From Monocercomonoides exilis PA203 (Eukaryota; Protista; Preaxostyla), in assembly GCA_001643675.2 (NCBI GenBank), contig LSRY02000007.1, positions 1,550,001 through 1,614,000 of the forward strand: a DNA stretch of 64,000 nt, given 5' to 3'. Position 1 is the first letter of the stretch; each line of letters opens with the position of its first letter. The notes beneath the pieces were generated by a model, which saw only the letters and a program-made list of their open reading frames with translations, was not told the DNA's origin and searched no databases. The translations under genes and the position numbers were made by a program. Below are positions 11,886 to 24,600 of this stretch, piece by piece.

Positions 11886-13863
11886 TTCAAACTTTTCAAA
11901 ATGGAAAGAAAGAACGTTTCTTTTTATGATCTTTAAAATTATAATTTTTTCTTTAAATGGATTTTTATTTTTGTGATTAGTTCAAGTTTTATTTTTTTGT
12001 TCAACAATTATAGTTGTATTGTCTAATTTTTTATAAGAAAGTCAAATTCTGATAAATCAAAATAGAACTGAAAAGCAAAAAAGTGATAAGCTTTTATTTA
12101 TCATTTTTAAACTGAAAATTATATCAACAAAAATTAGAATCAGAGCGTGAAACACAATTGAGTGAGCAAAACTTAACTTAAACTTCATATTTTTAAACGA
12201 AAACAAAAATATTATCTGACAACGTTGATGTGAAAGTTATGAAATGAAGGAATTGTCACGTTTTTGCAAAATATCATCTATCAAAGTTTTTCTTTCATAT
12301 TTTCATCTTCAATAATAATTAAATCGAATTTAAAAAATCCTTGAAAACTTTCAAAATTATCTGCTATAGTCTTGTAATGTTTTTTTCAAAATATTAGTTT
12401 CATTGCATTGAATGCAATCTATTTATTCAGCCACTTCATGAATGTGATCAAAAAGTCGTTACCCATTAGCCTAACAAAAAAAATGAAGTAAAATCCACCA
12501 TTTTACAATAATAAACAAAGTCGAAATGCTAGGAAGTGACAAGATTTAAATTTCTCTCCATAAGTTGATGAATCTTATGATTATTTCCATGATTTCTAGC
12601 AATTCCAACATGAAAAAATAATTGTCAATATAAAATCCAAGTTTAACTAAAGGAAGTGTTAAATGCAAGCTACGTTGATTCCATAACACATCCACCAAGA
12701 GATCCAACAAATCTGTAACAAAAAAGAAGTGCCATACAATAAATATCCAAGAAATTTTATCAACCGTCATGAAATACAAACCACTTTCATTTTAATTGCT
12801 AAATGCTTTCATAAACATCTCTCAACATTCAACTTCCACACCATAAATCTGAGCAAATGAATATCCAAAATCACCTTTCCTGAATTAGAACACTCCAAAA
12901 AAATGAGTTAGCTTTATCAATAACTTGTTTCGAAATCGTGAAACCATGAAACGTACAAGCAATTGTGTTTGAGGTATTAAGCTATTTCCAATAACAGCAA
13001 TATTTCGAAATAGCGAGAAAAATGTTGAACTTCAAACAACAACATTTATTTTTATTAGCATTGCAAAACAATTCTTAGTGCATTGAGAAAATAAATTTGA
13101 ATTCAGATTGATAAATGATCTACTGTCAAAATGTAAATGTATTCTGATTAATTTTTGGTATAAATTTATGAATATCTTTCCCAACATATAAAAGAAGCTT
13201 TTTCTTTCAATTCATATTGTGAGTGTGCAGGATAAATGAAAACAAAGAAGACACAGAAAATGACAAATAAAATATACGGAAGAACTACTATCCACCTCCA
13301 ATCCAACAATTGCTCCGAAATTTTAAAAAAAAAAATTATCTATACGTTCCAAATAAGAGTAGGAGGAAGTTCGTTAAATTTTTCTCAAAAAGGAGTGACT
13401 TGCTTGTTTCCGATGATTTATTTGATTGTCTGATACCAAGAAAGAATAGGAAACAAGTTGAAAAATATGCAAACACAGAATGAAGCAATTCCGCCAACTA
13501 TTCGAGTTAGAAAGTATCCTAATATCATTCAAAACTGCTGAATTGCCAAAAATAAAATGTACTCTTTCAAGAAAGAATGATTCCCAAATATGTCAGATGC
13601 CAGTTAAATGTATGATTGTGAAAGGTACTGCAAATCATCAAATGATCCAAACTATCGTCGTTTATAACTCTTACCCAGGGAAACTGAATCGATAGCATCT
13701 GAATCAAATGTGCAATCAATTAAAACGCAATGAAGAAAAAAAAGAGCTAAGCACCTGTTCAGTGATCCGACAAATAAATAAAATATCATTCTCCATCAAA
13801 ATTAAAAAATACAGCTCCACCAGCACCCATTCACAAAAGGGGGGAAAAAAACTGAAAACAAAG

Positions 13864-16321
13864 TTATGCACGATTTGATTGAGGAGGCGTTGCCTTTGCC
13901 TGTTGAGTTGCTTGATTAATAAGCGCTTGTTGTGTAAGTTGTTGAGCCTGCTGCTGTGTCTGTTGTGTCTGCGATGCCTGCTGAACCTGTTGTGCCTGTT
14001 GTGCCTGTTGTGTTTGCTGTGCTTGTTGAGTTTGCTGTGTCTGTTGCTGTAACTGTTGTTGCTGTTGAAGCTGCTGCTGTGTGGTCAGCAGAGATAAAAC
14101 CTGTTGAAGAATAGCAGCATTCAGCGTTTGCCCAAGTGGAAGCGCCGTGGCTGCACTAAGTTGCGGCGCTTGTAGCTGCTGGAGTGCGTGATGCTGTTGT
14201 AACTGCTGCAGTTGCTGTTGAGCCTGCAGCTGAGGCAAAAGCTGTGCTGCTTGGAGCAGAGTCGACGGGATTTGTGCAACACCTTGAGGAGTCATTATAA
14301 GCAACGGATTCGATCCAACAGAAGGCGCAACTGATCCAGGCACTTGTGTTGCTTGTGGAATTTGAAGCTGGAGTTGAGGTTGTGCAGCAACGCCTCCTGA
14401 TTGTTGGGCTGGCGGCTGGCCAGCGATAGGAACTTGCACCGCTGCAGCTGCCTGTGTCTGTGGTTGTGTTTGTGAAGAGTTAGAAGTGTTAGAAGTGTTT
14501 GGCTGAGCAGGATAAGATTCGGATGGCGATGCTGTCTGCGCCAGAGACTGAGATGGAGAAGGGGAAAGCAGTGGCGTTTGAGGTGAGGTGCTGTGCTGGC
14601 GAAAATACGGTGAGTGTGAAGACGTGCGTCCAGCTGATGGTGAGCGGGAGTAATATCGCTGACGCATCATCGAGCTCGAGTTTCCAACATGAACAGAATG
14701 TGTGCGCGAAGGAGATGGTGAGTGAGAAGCTGCTCTGGAACTAGCTCGCCGCTGCGAATTATAAGGAGACCGCGACCTGTGATAATAGTGTTTGGATCCT
14801 TCTTTCCATGAGCTACCGTCGCGGTGCCTGTCCATGCTTCGTCTACTGGCATATTGATCACGTCTTTCTGTACTGTGCCCTTCTCTTCTTGAAGGCTGCT
14901 CATACCAGTGCGGACTATGTGACCTCCCGGTACTGCGCCCACGCGCAGCGTTCCGGTGAAGGTTGCCACTTCTTTCCCCGTTCCGGTTCCTACTTCTGCT
15001 TCTGTTTCTGCTTCGGGATCTGCTCCTGCTCAGATAGCGATGATAGCTGTGGCTTTGAATCGAAGCATGATTTGTGCTGTGTGTGTAACTTCTGCCTCTG
15101 GAGCGACTGCGTGTTCTGCTTCCAGCCCGGCTTCTTACCTGGCTCCTGCTCCTGCCTCGGCTATAACCGTATCTTCGGCTTCTGCTACGCGTTCTGCTTC
15201 TGCCGTGTGAATGATGATCCGAATGATAGTGAGAATGATCTGAAGAATGAGAATTTGAAGGATAAGAATTTGAAATAGAAGATGAGGATTTATAAGATGC
15301 GTGACTGGATGACTTTGAAGATGTGGCACTATGAGGATTTTGAGAATTGTTTGAAGGTTTTGCTGCTCGTGAAGTTCGTGATGAATCGTATTGACTTGAA
15401 TAGGCATAATCAACTGTTATCTGATTTCCATAAAACATTGACTCGTTCAAGTCCTGCTTCGTGTGTATAGCATCTTCTAGTTTATAAAATGTTACGTTAC
15501 AATACGTGTCCCGCATGTCTACACTCACAATTGGTCCAAATTTTGTGAACAATCTCCTCAAAGCACTTGAACTAGTATGAACAGGATCATATCCAACAAC
15601 AAATAATGTTCTTGACGGAGGCGGTGGAGGGCGTTTCAGTATGTCCATTAATCGCCTATGGCAATTGTTTTCAAATTAATAAAAAATCAAATGCGTTTGA
15701 TTGTTAAACCTTTTGTATTGATTTTCTCCTTTTGCTCTTTGAACGTAAATACCATCACAATCGGGAACAATCTTCTTTCCATTCATTTCAGCAATTGCTT
15801 TTTCATGATCCCCTTTAAAAATAACAAATGCATATCCACGTTTCTTTTCTGAAAAAAATACAATTTGAGTACAAATTGAAATGAACAAAGAAAAGCACAC
15901 CGACTTTTAAAATTTTTCCATATGGTTCAAAGGCCTTGACAATATCGCTCGTTCGAATTTTCTGTGAAATATTTGCAACGTGAAGTGAAACTGAAGCATC
16001 CAGATCACTCAATAAAAGTTTTTGTTCGATGGTGCCTGGAAACACCATGTTTTGCTGAATAGAAGGAACAGTTGCTTCTTTCATTGTTCCTTGCCATGTT
16101 CCTTGCGTCTGTGCTCTGGGCTCCTCACTTGTTTGGTCGCTCCAACTGTCTTCGTCGGATTTAATTTCAGTATCCCAGGGAGCATCGTCGGAAAAAGATC
16201 CAACAGGAGGAGCTAATTCCTTATTATCTAAATCAAATTTTTCAGATTCTTCTGTTGGTTCATTTGGAACAATTGAAGTTTCTTGCGTTGGCGTGGAAGA
16301 TCTTGAATGAGACTGTTCCAT
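13864..16321 (-). CDS. Two-RRM, RS-domain (SR-like) RNA-binding protein with Gln-rich C-terminus, 3 exons
   Basis: RRM1: SLHVANIS...KKRGYAFVIF (RNP1 rebuilt across the ~15849-15900 intron). RRM2: TLFVVGYD...YCNVTF. Followed by RSRSRSR repeats and a QQAQQTQQ tail. Confidence 0.85.
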
Positions 16322-16539
16322 TTATATATAATGGTCTGCAAAAAATTTAAAAATGAATTGAAAAATAACAACAAAGATAATTATTTCTCTCTCTTAAGAT
16401 TTAAGCTGAATAATAATGAAAAGAAAAAATGGATAGAAATTCATTATTTATTGTTTTCAAAATTCAATGATATTTAGAAAAAAATGAATTCAATTAATTC
16501 ATAACTTCATTTCTCAGTTCATTAAATTTATTTTGCGAA

Positions 16540-17019
16540 TATACACCAAAAATTATTCAAAATGAGAATTTTTGCAATCGAATTAATAATTTTGCAAACG
16601 AATTGAAAAATATTTCATTCAAGATAATAATTTTTCATTCATATTAATAATTTTTGCGTTCGAAATGAAAAAATTTCAAACGAAATAAAAATTATTGAAT
16701 TCAAAATGAAAATATCTTATGTTTTCATATGAATAAAAATTTAATGATATTATAAAAATTTTAATCAGAAAATTAAAAATTTCAAAAAAATTTCTTACGA
16801 GCAAGAAAATAATGACTGCACAATATTATTTCCGATTCAAAAGCGAAAAACTGATTTTCACAAAATTTCGTGAGAGTGCGAAAAATTTTTTGTTAGGTTT
16901 TCAACAATTTTTAATTCGAATGCAAAAATTATTATTTCGTTTGAAAATTTTATTTATTTGTTTGCAAATTTTCCATTTTGAACGCAAAAGTTCTCATTTT
17001 GAATAATTTTTGGTGTATA
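16540..17019. mobile_element. MITE A (TA-flanked, Tc1/mariner-like), ~480 bp, with ~21-bp subterminal repeats
   Basis: Perfect 29-bp inverted repeat TATACACCAAAAATTATTCAAAATGAGAA at 16540-16568 and 16991-17019. Degenerate ~20-21-bp units (e.g. AATAATTTTTGCGTTCGAAA) are mirrored in both arms. No credible ORF. Confidence 0.85.
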
Positions 17020-17327
17020 GTTAGTGTTAATAATGGTGGACACTTTCAATAACTGTGGACAGTGGCTTTATCTCAACCACCGTTGACAGTTGCTTTTTGA
17101 CAATTAACTCAATTATTCCCTCAATGAATATGAACTTATATATCTTTCAAAAATGAATCTTTCTTTATTCCTGGGAGCAAGTTGTAACAATACAGTACGT
17201 CTCATAAGTTCATATTCAATGAGGGAATAATTGGGTTAATTGTCAAAATACAACTATCAACGGTTGTTGAGATAATTCAACTGTCCACAGTTATTGAAAG
17301 TGTCCACCATTATTAACACTAACTATA
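17016..17327. mobile_element. MITE B copy 1 (long-hairpin element, ~312 bp)
   Basis: Perfect 48-bp inverted repeat TATAGTTAGTGTTAATAATGGTGGACACTTTCAATAACTGTGGACAGT (17016-17063 / 17280-17327), extending imperfectly to ~125 bp. TA-flanked. A second copy lies at ~19546-19890. Confidence 0.92.
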
Positions 17328-17700
17328 TATTTTTAATGGAAAAACTTTTAAATAAAACACTTTTTGATATTTTGAGATTATATGTAATAAAGATTTTTAG
17401 AGATAGACCGGTGATATGCTGAGCATCAGAAAGTCAATAAAAGCGTCGCATCCCTTCTGATGTGAACATTTTCATAGTGAACATGACGTGACTGAAAAAA
17501 TTAAAATATTAAATAAAGAAAAATATATTTAAAATAAAATAATAAAAAATAAAAAAATAAAATAAAATAAAAATAAAAATAAAAATAAAATGTTATAAAA
17601 TAAATTATTAAATAAGTGTCTGAATATATATATATATATAATAATAAATTAAACATAACTCTTAATTAATATTTTCAATTAATTTTGTACATGCACAAAA

Positions 17701-18279
17701 TACGACCGGTAACAAAAGTGATATATGTCACATCTATAATAATAACATTTCATGAACGTGAATTTTTTCATCCGATTGTTTGCGGAAACAGTTAAAAATG
17801 TTATTTTCAATTTTGGTGAAATTCAAAAATCCTGTTACAATTTGATTGAAACAAATGTGTTTTTTTGAGGGTTTTTATTTGTTCGCTTTTGAGATAAGTG
17901 TTTATGTTATAGTTTTATCCAAAATCAGCTTGTTGGGGTTGAATACAGTTGCATAAATTTCTTTATAATAGAAATTCAAACATTATTTGACGCTGAACAA
18001 AAAAAAATGCTCTATTCAAATTATGAACAAGTCGAATTTATTATATTCAAAGCATGTTTAAGTGATTCTTGTCGAATTTCAATTATCAATCTGTTCATTG
18101 AGAATATTGTTGAATATATCTAATGCCATTTTTTTAATTTACACCACTTTTTGAGGGAAATGATAATTTGATTAACCAAAAAATAAAAGTTTTTCGCACG
18201 AAAGAATAATAAAATTTCTTAATGAAACAGTGAACAATAACGTTTTAATCATCCACATAGATTCTTATTAACGGTCGTA
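17701..18279. mobile_element. MITE C (mariner/pogo-like TA-CGACCG ends), ~580 bp
   Basis: Left end TACGACCGGTAACAAAA; the right end reverse-complements to TACGACCGTTAATAAGA. Non-coding interior. Confidence 0.6.
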
Positions 18280-19298
18280 TATTGTTCAATTACTCGTAAT
18301 TATTATTATTATTATTATTATATCAAAAACAATTTGGGAAGTTCTTTTTTTTAATTGGTATGTGAAAATGAGAATAGAATATTTTTCTACAAAAAATCAT
18401 TTCAACTGAACAAAGTTCTCCATCATGGAGACAAATACTTTCATTTGACTATATTGTCAAAACAGGATTTTATCACTTAAATATAACCACATTTGTCAAT
18501 AATCAAATTTGACCATGTAAAAACATTTTTAACGCATATTTATTCATTTTTCAATCATATACAATCACAGTGCAAAATATATCAAATTGCATGATATTTT
18601 ATTTGGTGAAGTTATTTCATTGAAAAATCAAGATATTAAATAAAAAATTCAATTTTTGGTTTTTCGAAATTATTTTTTGATGAGTGTAAATAATGTGTAT
18701 TTATAACAAAAAATTGATTTCGCAAGAAAAAATTGTGAATTTTTGAAGAATTTTCAAAAACGGAATAATAAACATAACATGATCTCAAAAGGATGCAATT
18801 ACATAGAGTTTTGCACAACTTTTTGTGGCTATGTCCAATTGGGATTATTATCGATGTGACATTACACAGAAAAAAATAAAAATTTTATAAAAAAATTAAT
18901 TTTGGGTCGATTTTTTTATTTTTGGATATTCTACGCAAATACACTTTTTTCACTTGCTTGAACAATTTTGATCATGAAAACACATGGGTGATTATTTTTA
19001 AAATCATAACTTTTTTCGGGGTGGAGATTTTTCAAACGTTGTTTGTCATTGGGAAGAGACATTGTGTTTGAATTGTTGAATTATCATAATTGTTATCAAA
19101 ACAATTCTTTAAGCTGAAAGAAAAATGAAGATATCTTTTATAAGCCTTTTCACTTTTCAGTATTCTTTTGTTGATATTCAAGGGTTATTTTCAATCCGAA
19201 TTTTTTGTAAGAAAAATTACGATATCAAAAATAATCACCCACAATATTTTGACTTATTTAAGCACATTTTTGAAAAAGTGAAAATTTTAATTATTGAT

Positions 19299-19299
<1 letters not shown>

Positions 19300-19342
<43 letters not shown>
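19300..19342 (+). repeat. Poly(A) tract (43 nt)
   Basis: Uninterrupted A run inside element D. Confidence 0.95.
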
Positions 19343-19343
<1 letters not shown>

Positions 19344-19545
19344 GATTTTTCATTGAAAAATGAACCCATTATAATTTCAAATGTGATTATTTTTATTACG
19401 CACTGTGATTATATGCGATGAAAAATGAATGAAAAATAAGCAAAAAATGTTCTAACACACAAAAAGGTTACCAAAAGAGAATGTGATAATATTCAACGTG
19501 CTTGTTTCCGGTTTTGACTGAATTAATTAATTCACATATTTATTT

Positions 19546-19890
19546 AAGTTAGTGTTTTAAATGGTGGACACTTTCAAAAACAGTGGACAGTGGCATTTTC
19601 TTATCAACCGTTGATAGTTGCATTTTGATTAAAAGCCCGACTATTTCATCATTGAATATGAACTTATATGAATTGTTTCAATCACCCATCCAACACAATA
19701 AAATATTATAAAAAATGTGTTTTTCTTTATTCTTAGGAGCATGTTGTTTCATTTTTGTTTGGCTTATAAGTTTGAATTCATTGGGGGAATAATAAGGCAA
19801 ATTGTCAAAAAACAACGATCATCGATTGTTGAGATAAATCCACTGTCAACGGTTATTGGAAGTGTCCACAATTATAAACACCAATTATAT
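19546..19890. mobile_element. MITE B copy 2 (diverged)
   Basis: GTTAGTGTTTTAAATGGTGGACACTTTCAAAAACAGTGGACAGTGGC...AGTGTCCACAATTATAAACACCAATTATA matches both arms of 17016-17327. The central TTCTTTATTC(C/T)T(G/A)GGAGCA motif is also shared. Confidence 0.88.
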
Positions 19891-20377
19891 AAATTTTCAA
19901 TTTGAAGCGACATCGCATAGAATCAAAATCGGCTTTTGTCACAAAAAGTTGTGCAAAACTCGATGTGATCATATCCGATTTGGACTGTATCTTCACAAAA
20001 GAATATTCACTGTTGGAGATTCAAGTTTGACCATTTCAAAGATTAAGTTCTCATGAATAGAAGAAACACAACAAAATATAGATTCTCTCAAAGAACAAGA
20101 GATTTATTTTAATAAACAAATAAAGAAAATATGAAACATGATGGAATTGGAGAGATTGTTGAAAGCATTGAAAGAAAATCAAAGAAAGAGAGAATGCTTG
20201 ATGAACATCATATGCTGAAAGATGATGATTTCAAAATCAATGAAAAATGAAAAAAGTCCAAACCAAAATGTTTGTGAACAAAAGAGAGAGCCAGTTGATT
20301 CCATAAAGTTATTGACAATTGAATAATTTCGAAACACAACGATGGTTTCCATGAAGATAAGAAATTCAGGTACAATC

Positions 20378-20705
20378 CCCATATGTGGACATAACCCTAA
20401 ATAGTTATTTTTTGGGTTATTGTTGTCTTTTTAAAAACCCTAAAAACCAAAATAAACCTAATGAAACAGTTTTATATAAACATGAACAAATATTCTTGTT
20501 GTTCAGTTGCACTTGTATCAACTCAAACCTAAGATATTTACATTTTAAAGATCACAAAATTGAAAAACATCGAAAAATACTTTTCAAAGAAATTTGAAGG
20601 GCTATTTACAATATATTAAGCAGTTCACTAACAAATTTTTAATTCAAAATTATTTTGATTTTCATAGAAAAAAATATTTATTAAGGGTTATGTCCACCTA
20701 TTGGG
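20378..20705. mobile_element. MITE E (~330 bp)
   Basis: Imperfect ~27-bp TIRs, CCCATATGTGGACATAACCCTAAATA versus reverse complement CCCAATAGGTGGACATAACCCTTAATA, with a 14-bp perfect core at 20385-20398 / 20684-20697. Confidence 0.7.
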
Positions 20706-21611
20706 AAAGCACCGAAATTCAAATAAATCAACTTATTTTTTTTCTATCAACAACAATCATCCGAGATGTTCAGATAGGAAAAAAAAAGTTGAACCCTCTT
20801 TAAGCATTGAAAAATCACGTTCGTCGTGTTTTATCTGCTTCAATGATCGCTTTTCCTTCTGAAAATGAAGCGGCCATTGCTGACTATAAAAAGTGTTGTG
20901 AAAAATCAATGTGTGAGGCACAACAACAAATGAGTTACACACATAATAACCAGTAATACAAACAAAAATATTCAAAAACAAGCAAACAAAAAAATATGAA
21001 CAATTCAACAATTCGAAAAGAAAAAGTGAGTGAAAGAAATTATTTGTCAAAACATTTGAAGAAGCATATCTCAAAACACAGTTGTTATGTGACAAAATAT
21101 TAAACGCAAAAACAGTGAAGAAACAAAGCAAAACAAAAAACAAAGTGAAATTACAAATATCGATGCAAAAAGTGATAAAAGGATTCAAGCAGCCAATATA
21201 ATCATCAAAAGAACATCTCATTAGCAAGAACACTCCTCATGATTGATCAGCATTCGAAACCCTCAGCATCACAAAAGCATCAACAAAATGAAGAGGCGAT
21301 GTGAAAACTCGAAATGGCTTCCAGACTTCAGACAGGTGACAAAAATACAAACAGAAGTGTGAATTACAACAACAACAGCCAAAATAAAATCAAAATTAAT
21401 GTGTTTGTGGTGGTGTAATGTTTTTCTTTTTTTTATAGCCAGCGGTCTTTCATTTTCTTTCCTCTCCCCTTCTCCATGCACAGTGACAGCTTCTTTTCAA
21501 CACTGCTTTCTGCAACACCATATTGTTCCAATAGATGGTTCAAAGCATTCGCATGCTCATCTGAATTTCATCCCCTCATGCACACTCTTCTTCATCATGC
21601 ACTGCCCCCAT

Positions 21612-24600
21612 TCAGTCTTCGGTGAATATTGCATCTGTTGCTGTCACAATTATTGCTTCTTCTGGAAAGTGCCCAATCAGCCACCGCTTCACATCTGTCA
21701 GCGTTGGCCTCTCTGTCAAATCCCCCAGCACGCACTTCTTCACAAACTCTCTTCCCCACTCGCACTCAACCACCCCAATATTCGGACGCTCCCCATCCAC
21801 AATCTTCTGTCCAGCAATTTCTGCCTCATATTCCCCAAACGGAACATGAAGCGTTAGGCATTCCCACAGCATCATCCCAATCGAGAATGCCACCGACTCC
21901 TTCGTTGCTTCCCTCTTCTTGTTCATCAGCAGCTCAGGCGCCTTCCATCTCAAACACTCTTTTTTGAAATTGTCATCTTCATCCTCAAAGGCTGATGAAG
22001 GCAAAGAATCATCATCTTCGTCATTGTCACTGGCAGATGTGACAACTGTTGATGATGAGATGGATGATGAGTCTGAATCATCGTCAGACGAGAAATCAGA
22101 GTGCATCACAATGCAGATCACCATGTGTTCTGAAAACAGCACAATGTGTGGGCTCAGATTGGAAAGAGATTGAAGAGGGTTTTCCATTTCATCAAATGAG
22201 TGAAGAGCACCATTTGCCACCCAAAACAACACTTGCGCAGCTGTGTGCTCTCTCTCAGTCAATGTGCCTATCGCCATCTCCTTCTTCTCGTTCCTTCCAT
22301 GAAGCAGCATGAACAGAGAATCTCGCAGATCCACAATCAATTTCTCATGAGGTGATGAACAGGCCATTGCATCCACCAGATTCGACATTGAAGAGGTGGT
22401 TGGGCACAGATCTTCTCCACGAACAAAAGTTGAATCTGAATCAGTTGAACAAGTTGATGAAATGGAAGGTGAAGGCGATCTCTTTCTTGTCTCTTCTTCC
22501 TCAACCTTCTCCAACACCCAATCAGGGATCTTGTCTGATTCTCTCCCCAATATATATTCAGTTGATCCGCTTTCAGCCAGCAAATACTCTTCAGACTCTG
22601 AATGAACCATCTCTTTTCCATTTATTCTTTTCTTTATGTTTTCTTCGTTCTTTTTCTCTGCCTCCTTCTCTGCTCTCCTCCACTGCGCCTCTGGCGACAT
22701 TTCCATCGTCACCATCTCAATCAGCTTTGGATCCTTTTTGACTGTGTCGTTCACAATCTCTCTCAGATCTTTATTCTCATTCTTTGCTTTCCTCCATCGA
22801 ACAATGAATATTATTGAAACAATCAGAACAATCAATAAAATCACAATCAATGTTACAATCACAATCAATGCCCATGATGATTTTCCTTCTTTTCCATTTT
22901 CAACTATTCTTTCATCTCCTTTTGGTGGAGTGATGCTCTTATTCTTCAGAATGAATGGCTGTGTTGATGAAGGAGATTCTGCATTCCCAAATAAAACATG
23001 CACACTCACCTCAATATCATTTCCACAACTCCTGATGAGATCTTTTGCCACACTCCCTTCAACTTCTCTTTCTGATAAGAATACATTTGAATCAAAATCA
23101 TGCTTTTCAATCTCTTTCTCATCTCCCTTCCTCTTCACAACTGCGAATGACAGATTGCAAGGAACAAGAAGCATCCCTTTGGATGTCAGTTTCATTCTAT
23201 CTGTCTCTTCTTTTGCTTCCACACTCTCTAATACAGGAATGAAAAATGATGAATCCCTTTCTGAAACAATCCCTTCAAAACTGCATCCTTCATTCAACAT
23301 CCAAAGTGAAGTATTTCTTTCCCATCCATCTCCTCCTTTCAAACTTATCACATTCAATGTCCCTGAGTCTGAACAGATGATATTCCTTCTCAATGATGGA
23401 TATCCTTCAATGGATGGATTATTGTTCTCAAATCTTCCATCATTAACAGTCATTTCCCCTCCACTCATTGTTATTCCACCTTCTGGTGAATTCGATATTG
23501 TTATGTCTTTCATCAAAACAGAACTCTTCACAACATCAACAAGAGATCCATCCCATCTGCACATCTCTTCTCCTGTATTTAAATATTCCTCATTTCTTTC
23601 CTTTGAATTCCCATCGAAAATGCAACTGTCCATTTTCACATCTGTGCAATTCTCCAATTTCATCAATTTTCCTTTTGCTTCGTTTGAATTTACTCCACTT
23701 ATTGTGCAATTTGTCAACTGCATCGTCTTTTTCATTGATAAGCAAGATATCAATGATTCTTCATTTCCTTCAACTGAAATATTATCTGTCTTGAAATCTT
23801 CAATTGTTAATTGTCCACATTCATTAATATCTATCAGAGAAGTTTTAATTGATGAATTGCAAATCGTTAATGAATCAATCACCGATGGAAGTTGTGATGA
23901 AAGAGATAATGCAGATTCATGAAGAATAAGATTTGATATTGAGCATCCATCAAGTTGCAATTCTCCTTTTTCCATATTAATAATGTAAAATGGAACACTC
24001 GCAAAAGCTTCATTTCCTTCTTCGTTAGATTGTTTTGAGGTGAATGAGCAATTTATTATCTCAAGAATTCCTCCCTCTGGAGAGATCAGTGATTCATGTG
24101 AAGAGATGAAATTTGAATCAAACACAAAATTCACTCTCACCAATGAGACTGTTCCTGTTGTTGTCATCAATGCCTCTCTTGTTCTTGTCATTCCTGATTT
24201 CACTTCAGCTTCACAATTTTCTCTGCTCTTCGAACTCAGGCTCATCTCCTTCAGATTTATCTCCCCATCAATCGTACTCTTTTCAACAACGAACATTTGA
24301 CTTATGAAATCTGAAGTAAGATGCATCAGCCCATAATCAACTGAATAACATGGAAGTGTGCTTGCTCCACATTGCCTCTCATTCGATCCATTCACACTGC
24401 TCACAATGATCGTGTCACCCTGATGAATTGTCACAAAATCAATAAGATCAGTGTCGCTTGAATAATCGCATGAATCTCTTCCATATATTGCATTAATTCG
24501 CGAATAATGATTCTCTCGAAGATCAAACCGAAATTGCATTTCATTGATCTGAGATGTGATGTTGAAACACTCAATGAAAATATCATTTCCCACTCTTGCT

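Larger units (their letters stand above)
18791..19976. mobile_element. Foldback-like element D with GG...CC ends, interrupted by MITE B copy 2
   Basis: Perfect 22-bp inverted repeat GAGTTTTGCACAACTTTTTGTG (18806-18827 / 19940-19961) within ~70-bp imperfect ends. Inner inverted pair TGGGTGATTATTTTT (~18985) / AAAAATAATCACCCA (~19227). No TSD recognisable. Confidence 0.7.

Noticed and set aside
12540-13050. Weakly coding-like minus-strand fragments (KGDFGYSFAQIYGVEVEC*, FVGSLGGCVMEST*)
   Set aside because: Short, stop-ridden and unassignable. Possibly a relic, but not supportable.
16569-16720. Short periodic repeats considered as a CRISPR-like array
   Set aside because: Degenerate tandem units without unique spacers, inside a TIR element in a eukaryote, with no cas genes.
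19985-20370. Coding-like fragment IFTVGDSSLTISKIKFS*
   Set aside because: It resembles a surface-family strand but is too short to call.
20391-20445. TAACCCTAA / AACCCTAA telomere-like motifs
   Set aside because: Single units that are part of MITE E, not a tandem array.
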